In this document: piece by piece, positions 1 to 9,500 of the stretch
How the letters are laid out: each line of letters opens with the position of its first letter
Position numbering within the stretch: position 1 is the stretch's first letter
Assembly (NCBI GenBank): GCA_000991245.1
Contig: LBRD01000008.1
Coordinates: 1,686-65,685 of the forward strand
Source of the DNA: Parcubacteria group bacterium GW2011_GWC1_36_108
GTDB lineage: Bacteria > Patescibacteriota > Minisyncoccia > Moranbacterales > GWC2-37-73
Direction: 5' to 3'
DNA: 64,000 nt
The notes under the pieces: generated by a model
What the model was told of the DNA's origin: nothing
What the model saw: only the letters and a program-made list of their open reading frames with translations
Database searches by the model: none
Position numbers and translations under genes: made by a program

Positions 1-99
1 AAGTGCACCAATAAGCGTCGGAACAAAAACAATAAACCTAACCCAAAGATCAATGAGAGATGTCGCGATTGCCTGCCCCCACGTTTGTACTGGATTCAT
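1..99 (-). CDS. N-terminal fragment of a membrane protein; the gene continues beyond the window start
   Basis: Reverse strand has ATG at 97-99 and reads MNPVQTWGQAIATSLIDLWVRFIVFVPTLIGAL..., a hydrophobic TM-like segment. The frame stays open to position 1. Confidence 0.3.
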   Translation of the reverse strand, partial: MNPVQTWGQAIATSLIDLWVRFIVFVPTLIGAL

Positions 100-126
100 A
101 TTTTTATTTTTTAAAAAAATTATTAA

Positions 127-2739
127 TTATTGTGGAAGAGTTTGAGTTGTTGCACCGTCAGTAGGTTGTGGAGCAGAGATTTCCTCGACGACTGGTGTAG
201 GCTCAGGAACAACTTCGGTATTTAAGTTCTCTGGTTTGTTTTCAATGCCGGCTGCGATATTGCTGATCATTTTTTGAATCTTGTCACGCACATCTTTATT
301 ACTGTCAGCAGGTAATAATTCTAATACTTTTCTATACTGCGCGCTGGCATCAGAATTTCTATTTGTTTTTTCATAAAGAGTTCCTAGTGAAAAATGAGTG
401 TTAATTTCCTTATCATTCTTGCTCAAAATATTTTTATAAATTGTTTCCGCAATTTTATTATCCTCGTCATTACCACGAGCTTGATGGATGCGTGCAGTGT
501 TGTAAACATAATTTAAATTATTTTGTTCCAGCACTGCAGCTTGTTCAATTGATTTTATTGCACCATCCAAATCATTCAAGGCTTCCTGCGTTAAAGCAAA
601 CTGGTAATGCGCGACAGCTAAATCATTTTTCTCATCAATGGCTTTTTGAAATGATTTTTTTGCCTGTTCAATTAATTCATTAGCTTCTTCAGGAGTCTTT
701 TTTGTAGATGCTTGAGACATTTGAATTTGTCCAATCTTCACAAAATATGCAGGATTGTGAGGTTCAAGCTCAAGAGCTTTTTTGTAATTATCTTGAGACA
801 ATGCAAATGAATCAGCAACATACAAACCAGAATTTTCATAAATTTGAGCAAGCGCTTCAACTGCCGCGACATCTTTAGGTGAAAGATTCTTGGCTTGATT
901 TACTGAAGAAATTGAATTATTCAAATAATCTTGAATAAGCCCCAAATTACGTTCACCTTCTCCTTTTAACGTTTCTTCATTTGCTAAACTCATTAATTCC
1001 TGTCCGAGTAAGATATAGTACCGACTTTCTTTATTGTTCAGAGAAATAGCTCCTGCCAATTTTGCGACACTGCCATCAGCAGTAATTTTTTGAGCTCGCA
1101 TCGCACTTGCGGCGCGCATATCAGCCGCATAAATTTTTCCCACAAAGATAAACAAAAATACCACACCAGCACTGACAACCATAAACACAAAAGCCAAGGC
1201 CAGTGCATATTTAGGAGAAGCTTTAAGCGACAACGTAAGGTGATTTTCTTCGGAATCACTTTCGAAAAGCAGCATTGCCACTGCTAAAGAGATAAATAAA
1301 ATTCCTAAAATAATCACCGATCCTTCTATTTTTCCTAAAAATGCATTCACCAACACTACCAGTGAAGCAGAAAAAAGTCCCAATGAATAAAGTTTATTTT
1401 TCTGTTTATTAATACTCAGGAGATAAACTCCAATACTTATAAATGTCAGCACAAGCAAAATCAAGGTGATTGTTCCAATAATTCCAATAGTTGAAAGCGC
1501 TTCAAAGAAAACACCAGCTCCTTGAAAAAATCGCAGATTGTAATATGGATTCAAGTTGAAACTTTGCGGTTTATGCAAAGAAAAATCATATCCATAGGTC
1601 GCTGGACCGCTACCAACCAATAAATTATCCTTCACTGAATTTTTGGTTATCTCCCAAGAAAGTTCACGTGCAGGACTGACTTCTACAGGAAGTTTAACGC
1701 GCGCAATTGAGTTTGAACCAATAATAAGGATTGTCAAAATTGCCACAAATGTTGCCATCGGAAGCCAAGTCCAATTTTCTTTCGGTCTAACAATCTGAGC
1801 TAAAATATAAATCAAGAAAAAACTGACTCCCGCAAGAACGCCCAGCCATGTGACAAAAGAATATAACATTAGCAAGACAAACAGATTTAAAATTAAGGTA
1901 GCAAACAGCACACTAACTGAAGCAACTTTCTTGACACCTTTGGTTTCAACATTCTCCAAAGAAAATATTTTCAAAATAAAAACAAGGATAAATGGAATCA
2001 TTGCCCCTAAAAATATCCCCATTCCCGTGATTGATCCCAGCGGACTAAGTGGCACAAATTGACTGAATTTTTCCGGGATCATAGACACACCCAAAAGATT
2101 AAGCGCCATCCAAACAGCCAAAATAAAATTTGCCGCAATCAAAAAACTGCTAACCAACGCGAATCTTTTTTTATTAAAATGACTAACGATTAAATAATAA
2201 ACGACAACCAAGGCAGTCACATTCATAAATCCGCGCGATGGATCTCCGAAATATCCCCAAAAACTGTGCCATCGGTCAACTGAAAAAAACAATGATACCG
2301 CGTAAGCCAACCAGAAAAGAACAATTGGGATGTCCAGCGGAGTTTTTTTGATTTTCATTTCACCCGTAATCACACCTTTCGAAACCCAGGCAACCAAGGC
2401 AATCAAAAGCCAAGCATAAAAATAAATCTGTTTTTCAAATGAAATTCCTTGCAAAGTAAGACCTGTGAAAAAAAGTGGAATACCAAAAAAGAGTGCGACC
2501 AAACTAATAGTGATAATGCTATCCAAAAAACCAATCATTCTTGGTTGTTGCGGATCTGTTTTTTCCGACTGTGGCTGCTCTTTTTTCTCACTAAACATAC
2601 TCTTAAAGTGCGTGCCGCTAGAAATTGAAACATTCGCCGCTTCCTTTCGAAACTCATCATTGTTTGGAGCATTTTTTGCTGGAACTTCAGAAACACCTTC
2701 ATTTCCACTTTTTTGGCTTGATTGAATTTGAATATTCAT
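127..2739 (-). CDS. Polytopic membrane protein with an O-antigen ligase (Wzy_C)-like core and C-terminal TPR repeats
   Basis: 870-aa ORF with more than 10 predicted TM helices in the N-terminal two thirds. The C-terminal ~300 aa show TPR-like periodicity (e.g. AHYQFALTQEALNDLDGAIKSIEQAAVLEQ). This architecture is common in CPR glycosylation-type proteins. Confidence 0.55.
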   Translation of the reverse strand: MNIQIQSSQKSGNEGVSEVPAKNAPNNDEFRKEAANVSISSGTHFKSMFSEKKEQPQSEKTDPQQPRMIGFLDSIITISLVALFFGIPLFFTGLTLQGISFEKQIYFYAWLLIALVAWVSKGVITGEMKIKKTPLDIPIVLFWLAYAVSLFFSVDRWHSFWGYFGDPSRGFMNVTALVVVYYLIVSHFNKKRFALVSSFLIAANFILAVWMALNLLGVSMIPEKFSQFVPLSPLGSITGMGIFLGAMIPFILVFILKIFSLENVETKGVKKVASVSVLFATLILNLFVLLMLYSFVTWLGVLAGVSFFLIYILAQIVRPKENWTWLPMATFVAILTILIIGSNSIARVKLPVEVSPARELSWEITKNSVKDNLLVGSGPATYGYDFSLHKPQSFNLNPYYNLRFFQGAGVFFEALSTIGIIGTITLILLVLTFISIGVYLLSINKQKNKLYSLGLFSASLVVLVNAFLGKIEGSVIILGILFISLAVAMLLFESDSEENHLTLSLKASPKYALALAFVFMVVSAGVVFLFIFVGKIYAADMRAASAMRAQKITADGSVAKLAGAISLNNKESRYYILLGQELMSLANEETLKGEGERNLGLIQDYLNNSISSVNQAKNLSPKDVAAVEALAQIYENSGLYVADSFALSQDNYKKALELEPHNPAYFVKIGQIQMSQASTKKTPEEANELIEQAKKSFQKAIDEKNDLAVAHYQFALTQEALNDLDGAIKSIEQAAVLEQNNLNYVYNTARIHQARGNDEDNKIAETIYKNILSKNDKEINTHFSLGTLYEKTNRNSDASAQYRKVLELLPADSNKDVRDKIQKMISNIAAGIENKPENLNTEVVPEPTPVVEEISAPQPTDGATTQTLPQ

Positions 2740-2747
2740 AATACTTT

Positions 2748-2784
2748 AAAATTGATATTAACTTTTTTAATATATATCAATTTT
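2748..2784. promoter_or_regulatory. Perfect 11-bp inverted repeat (aaaattgatat / atatcaatttt) in the promoter region of the 870-aa membrane-protein gene; operator-like
   Basis: aaaattgatat-taacttttttaatat-atatcaatttt lies directly 5' of the minus-strand start at 2739. Confidence 0.3.
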
Positions 2785-2835
2785 AACCCTTTTTGAGAAA
2801 AAAGACAATGCGTATGGGTATATATAAGAGGGCAT

Positions 2836-2892
2836 GGTAGAGACGCAAAATCTGTCAGGCATTGTAGAGACGCAAAATTTTGCGTCTCTACC
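2836..2892. repeat. REP/BIME-like element (copy 1) 3' of the RAYT gene
   Basis: ggtagagacgcaaaatctgtcaggcattgtagagacgcaaaattttgcgtctctacc. It is a 14-bp-arm palindrome (gtagagacgcaaaa/ttttgcgtctctac) preceded by a third direct copy of the arm. Confidence 0.8.
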
Positions 2893-2899
2893 GGGTTAT

Positions 2900-3502
2900 C
2901 TATATCCAAACATTTTCAATATTATTCCGGTCACGTTCCCACATTTCAGGGTTTGTTTGGATATATTCACGAATTTTATTCAATGACTCATCATTTCTGA
3001 TGACGTGATCGTAAAATCGAGGTTGCCAGGTAAAATTCAAATCGTTAATTGTTGCATATTTTTTAACACCAATTTTAAACCCACGAATAATGGATGCCAG
3101 ATTTTTTGATTGTGATCCAAATTTATTTTGTGGACACGGTAGAGACGCAAAATCTGTCAGGCATTGTAGAGACGCAAAATTTTGCGTCTCTACGCATTGT
3201 TGAATATTATTCCAATTTATTTCAATAACAACATGCACGTGATTTGGCATGACCACAAATTCAGATGCGTTCGCATGTGGAAAATGTTGTGGGATTTCTT
3301 GCAAACAATTTTCTGCGATTTTTCCAATCTCATTCAAAATCATTTTTCCATCGATAATTTCTCCAAAAAATTCTTCGCGGTTTTTTGTGCAGATCGTGAC
3401 GAAATACATTCCGTTTTGCGCGTAATCATAATTTTGCAAACGGGATGATTGGATGCGGTATTTGTTTTTGAATTTTTCCGGCATGGGTTTTTTGTCGGGC
3501 AC
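2900..3502 (-). CDS. rayT: IS200/IS605-family Y1 (HUH) transposase of the REP-associated RAYT type, carrying an in-frame REP insertion
   Basis: HUH motif MPNHVHVVIEI and a C-terminal catalytic-Tyr region WQPRFYDHVIRNDESLNKIREYIQTNP. The gene is flanked by REP palindromes. A 57-nt REP copy sits inside the ORF between the HUH and Tyr motifs and translates as VETQNFASLQCLTDFASLP. Confidence 0.8.
   Translation of the reverse strand: MPDKKPMPEKFKNKYRIQSSRLQNYDYAQNGMYFVTICTKNREEFFGEIIDGKMILNEIGKIAENCLQEIPQHFPHANASEFVVMPNHVHVVIEINWNNIQQCVETQNFASLQCLTDFASLPCPQNKFGSQSKNLASIIRGFKIGVKKYATINDLNFTWQPRFYDHVIRNDESLNKIREYIQTNPEMWERDRNNIENVWI
3138..3193. repeat. REP element (copy 2), a near-identical duplicate of copy 1, embedded in frame inside the RAYT coding sequence
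   Basis: ggtagagacgcaaaatctgtcaggcattgtagagacgcaaaattttgcgtctctacg is identical to 2836-2892 apart from the terminal base. Confidence 0.8.
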
Positions 3503-3532
3503 GGTAGAGACGCGATTAATCGCGTCTCTACG
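3503..3532. repeat. REP palindrome variant (gattaat spacer) between the RAYT start and the stop of the giant gene
   Basis: ggtagagacgcgattaatcgcgtctctac is a perfect 11-bp-arm hairpin. The same 28-mer recurs at 20378-20405. Confidence 0.8.
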
Positions 3533-3540
3533 GGTTTGGT

Positions 3541-6500
3541 TTATTTTCTAATTGTTGTTGTGCCGGTTTCTCTGACTTCAACTTGTCCGAAATGATAAAG
3601 TTGCCCAATTTCATTGGCGGAAAGGGCGCGGTTGTAGATGCGGACATCGTCGATTTTACCATTAAATGTTCGATCTCCTGCAACATTATTTCCAATTGTC
3701 ATTGCTGTAGAACCTGAGCCAACTACCCCAGTCTTGGCTGCGCTAGCAACAGAAACTCCATCCAGATAAATTGAAACATTCGCTCCATCATACACGCAAT
3801 CAACATGATGCCAGCTATTGTATTTTCCAGAAAGCGGACTAGTTGTGCTTCCAACAGCTGTCACGCCAATATCACATTCAAGATTATTACCAACAAACAA
3901 AAAATTATATGAGCTGCCATTTCCTTTTTCAATAATACGACCAAAGCTAGTTCCTATTCCACTTGTTCTTGGATTTATCCAAGCGCTCAAAGTAAGTTGC
4001 GACATACCATCCAAATTATCTTTATCTGGAACTGTTACTACATTAGTCGCCACGCTAAAATCTGTTCCCTGTCCCAACTTCCCAATCGCTTTGGTTGCAC
4101 CGGAAATTGTGCCGTTATTATTATTTCCAGAAGTGTCTTTGGCAGTTGTGCCGGAAATATCTTTGCCGTCAAAGGTCCAATGCCCGACGAGACCAGCGTC
4201 AAGATTAGGCGATGAAATTTGAGATTGCTGCACAACTTCAGAAAATTCATCAGCGCCGATGTCCCAATCTCCAGCGCGACCTTGCCCGTCAATATCCTCG
4301 CCAAAATGCAAATACGAATCAGCTTGTAAATTTAAACCTGTTTTTCTAGCTACAGTATCAGAAACTGAAAGATGGAAATCCTTATTGGCAGCATCAACAA
4401 AAGCTACTGTGGTTGAATTTTTTGAGTTAGCGCCAGGAGCATCAGCAGCGAGGTCGGAGATGTTGTAATCAGACCCAGCTAAAAATGTACCCTTATACCC
4501 ATCCGTTGAACCTTGCACAATATTATTTTTTGCCACAATAGAGGATCCGGCTAAATCATAAATTCCAGCATTTGTTCCCCCATAAACAGTGTTATTGTAA
4601 GCATACAATGTTTTACCTGCACCATCATAATATCGACAAATTCCTGCACTTCCTCCATAAACAATATTATTATAAACATAAGCAGACTTGGGAGTCGTAC
4701 TTTGCCCATCAATTCTAATACCATAACTTGCCCCATAAGAAGATTTGATAATTGAATTTGAAATTTTTACAGCATTAGGCCCGCTTGAAACATACACGCC
4801 ATCATTACCTATATTAAATTGCAAGCCATCAGCCACAAGATACGATGAATTCAACTGGAAAGAACCGTTCACATCTATTCTAAATTTAGTATCGTCCCAT
4901 TTTCCCTGATGTCTTTGGTTTGTATTTGATTCTGTTGTTGTGCTGACTGGGGTATAAATCTTGATATAATTCGCAGGACTTGTTGTATATGCTGATATTA
5001 TTAAATTTGTATTATTCACACTACCATCGTTATAACAAGGTAGGTTTAATTGATAATTTCCTGTTACTAAATTTGAAGTGTTTAGATAATTCACGCCAGC
5101 CGCATAATTAATGCCATTTCCAATGGCGTAATTAATTAAATTGAAGGTGTGTGCAATTGAATTAACAGTTTGCCCAGTGACATTGGTGGGAGTTGCGCCT
5201 GTTGCGGTGATGAGTTTCCACTGCGATGTCGAAATTTTTTCTGAAATATACGCAACTGATGTTGTGTTGTATGTAACTTTATCACCCACTCCCATGTTCG
5301 TCGCAGTCTGCGCCTCGGAAAAAGTCGCAATGCCCGATGCGATAGTCACCGTTGGTGTGCCGGTTTTATGATCGGTAGTATTTTGCCCGACGGAATAATA
5401 AATTGCGGTTGCGGCTTCATCAGCGCCGATATCCCATATTGTACTTGAAGACGATGGGCGTGTTTGTCCATCGATATCATTGGTGAATGCAAGATTAATA
5501 TCCGCTGATAAGTCAGCGCCGGAATTTTTCGCAGCAGTGTCACTAGTGCTTAAGTGGAAATCTTTATTGGCAGGATCAGCAAAAGCGACGGTGGTGGAAT
5601 TTTTAGAATTGGCACCAGGTGCATCGGCGACAAGATCGGAAATATTATAGTTTGAAGATGGGTGAAAATTAGAACTAGTAAAACCATCGATACAATTTTG
5701 AGCAATATTATTCTTTAAAATAGTGTCCATGTACCCATTAGTATAATATCCGACAATTGCATCTTTGACCGTATTATTGTAAACAACAGCACGCAAAACA
5801 TCGCCACCTGCATTTCCACCAATACCTTTTTTAAAGCCGTAAATGATATTATTCCAAACTTTCAAATTAAAATTTCCGGCAGTCAAATTATATTGGATTC
5901 CAAATATATTTGTTCCACCGCTTCCAGCATACTGAAGTATATTGTTTGAAACATAAGAATTTTTATCCATGTCAATTCCAATTTGATCATAGCCAGATGT
6001 AGATGAGTTTTTTATTTGCAAACCATCAACATGTACGAATTGGTTGTTGATGTTAACATTATATGCACCCACACTTGAAACATTTAGGTTGTATTTTCCA
6101 TCATCCCATTTCCCCTGATGTCTTTGGCTTGCATTTGCTTCGGTTGTCGTGCTTATTGGAGTATAAATTCTGATATAGTTTGCTGGCGCAGTAGTATATC
6201 CTGAAACTGTCACTGCGGTAGTATCCGCAGCACTGTCGTAATAACAAGGAAAATTGAGCTGATAATTTCCAGTGACCAAACCGGTGGTATTCAAATGATT
6301 TACATCAACTGCACCTGTAACTGCAGCTGAAAGAGAAGTGTACTCGTGTTTTATTGAAACCACTGTTGAAGTCGTGATGTCTGCAGGAACTGCACCAGTT
6401 TTTGTAACTAAATTCCAAACTGAAGTGGAGGTTTTTGATGCAATATATGCAATGTCAGTTGTGTTATATGTCACCCTATCCCCAACTCCAATATTTCCAG

Positions 6501-9500
6501 TCTGAGCTGCTGAAAAAGTTGCAACTCCACTTGTAATTGTAATAGTTGGTGTGCCAATTTTAAGGTCAGCAACTGATTGCCCGACAGAATAATAGATTGG
6601 GGCTGCAGCTTCGTCGGCACCAATATCCCATATTGTGCTTGAAGATGATGGACGGGTTTGATTGTCGATGTCAGTCGTGAACAAATATGACGAATCTGAT
6701 GACAAATCTACACCAAAATTGCGTGCAGCAGTGTCGGTAGGAGAAAGATGAAAGTCTTTATTAGCAGCATCTGCAAAAGCGACGGTAGTGGAATTTTTGG
6801 AATTAGCTCCTGGAGCATCAGCAGCGAGATCTGAAATATTATAATCAGAAGTAACATTAAATGTTCCCAAAAAACCATCGCCACAATTTTGAGTAATGTT
6901 GTTTTTTAATACAGCTTGACCAATAGTAGAATGTCGAAATCCAACACTTGCTATCAAACGCAATGTATTATTGTATGCATATGAATTAACACCAGACCAA
7001 CTGTCCAGATTCATACCATTATTAACGTTATTGATTATATTATTAGAAATATATGCTCCTCCTGCAGTTGAGCCATTTGCTGAAATACCTGTGCCATTGT
7101 TAGATGGGAACTCGTCATGGATATAATTACTATCAATGGTAATATATTTTATTCCTGGAAAATACAAAGCGGATGAGGCAAACCCTGGATTTCCAAAATC
7201 AGTAATCTCCAAACCGACAAGTTTTACATATGGAATATTTAAAGCAATCGCATTTCCATTGGTTGAAGGATTAATAAGATAATTAACTCCCGTCGCTTTC
7301 CCTTGATGCCTTTGACTCACATTAACTTCAGTAGTTGTGTTATTTGGGGTATATATTTTTATATAATTTGCAGGACCAGTCGTATATCCATCAACCGTCA
7401 CTACTGTTGTGTCTGCGCCAGAATCATAATAGCAAGGGAAATTAAGTTGATAATTTCCCGCTACCAAATCTGCAGTATTTAAGTGAGTAGCATCAACAGC
7501 ACCAGCTTCTGCAGCGGAAAGTGAGGCGTAGGCGTGAGCGATTGAAGTTACATCTGCATCAGTGACAGCGGTCGGAGCAGCGCCTATTGCGCTTTGACAA
7601 CCCCAGACTGTGGTTGAGGTTTTGTTTGTAATATAGCAAGCTCCACCAGTGTATGTTACCAAATCTCCAACGCCCATATTTGTTGCAGTTTGCGCGACTG
7701 AGAAAGTTGCAGTTCTGGCGGTTGCATCAACTGTAACAGTGCCCGCTCCAGTTTCATGTGAGGTTGTGTTTTGTCCGACGGAATAGAAAATTGCGGTTGC
7801 GGCTTCGTCAGCTCCAATATCCCAAGCATTTATAGTTACATTTCGAGTTTGACCATCTATGTCAGTGTTGAAGGTAAAATTAGAATCCGCTGATAAGTCG
7901 CTACCAGAGTTCTTCGCTGATGTGTCACTAGGACTTAAGTGAAAATCTTTATTAACAGCGTCGGCGAAGGTAACGGTTTGATTTATTTTTGCATTAGCGC
8001 CTAGTGCTGATGCATCTTTAGAAAGATTTTTATTTGAAAGACTTGAATAATTAATCGCTGCGCTTCCGTTTGTACAATAATCATATGAACCATTATTATA
8101 TGACAAATTATTAATAGCAACAATGTCATAATAAGATGACTCGCTAATGCCACAATTACTATTGCCATACAAAGTATTATTATAAACAAATGCGCTATTA
8201 TCAAAATAATTACCAATACCTATACCTTTAGACCAACCATACACAATATTATTGTAAATATAAACTTGCGAACTCGATAAAACATTATTTTCTACTATTA
8301 TGCCACTTTCACTACTAGCACCACCAGTATATTTAATAATATTATTTGAAATATCGACCCCTTTATTAGTACCTCCTACAGAAATACCATCAAACCAAGA
8401 ATTATTACCTGTTTGATCAAGTTGTAATCCAGAAATGTATACGTAATTTATATTTGCCAATATTAAATCCATGCTACCACTACGCAAAACATATCTCCCA
8501 TCATCCCATTTCCCTGAATGTCTTTGCGAATTATTCGCTTCAGTTGTAGTGTTGTTTGGTGTATAAATTTTAATATTATTTGATGGCGAAGTTATGTACC
8601 CAGAAACAGTTACCGTAGTTGTATCCGCACCAGAATCATAATAACAAGGAAAATTAAGCTGATAATTTCCAGCAACCAAATCTGTAGTATTTAAATGGGT
8701 GGCATCAACAGCGCCAGCTTCGGCAGCTGAAAGTGAAGAGTACGCGTGTGTGATTGAAACTACAGTTGAATCGGTTATATTAGCAGGAATTCCTCCTGTA
8801 GCGGTTACTAAATTCCAAACAGAAGTAGAAGTTTTTGAGGAGATATATGCAACATCGGTTGTGTTATATGTGACTTTGTCGCCCACTCCCATATTTGTGG
8901 CAGTTTGAGCCACAGAAAAAGTTGCAACTCCAGATGCAATAGTCACGGTTGGCGAACCAGTTTTATGATCATTTGTGTTTTGTCCGACAGAATAATAGAT
9001 TGCAGTGGCAGCCTGATCCGCACCAATGTCGTAGAGACGTCCATTTATGGCGTCTCGCCCCTGTCCATCTATATCAGTCGTGACCGGAAGATTAGCATCC
9101 GCACTCAAATCCGCGCCAGCATTTTTGGCAGCAGTGTCATTTGGAGAAAGGTGGAAGTCTTTATTGGCAGCGTCGGCGAAGGACACAATCGTCTCAATTT
9201 GATCTTGCGCACCGCCTGTATTTGAAGAATCATCAGAAATATTATAGTTAGAAGCAGAATCAAAACTACTAGCGTACGCACTACCTCCTGTGTTTTGCAC
9301 AATGCAATTTTTAATAAGCGGACTATATCCTTCAGTATATATTCCATTTTCAGAGCCGCCAGAACCATAAACGGTATTATTATAAAATACGTTTTGGACA
9401 CTTCCTCCGAATCTTAATGCAACAACCCTGCTTGCTGAGGAACCGTAAAAAATAGAATTCTTTACGCTAGAACCATCTGTACCATATAACTGAATAGCGT

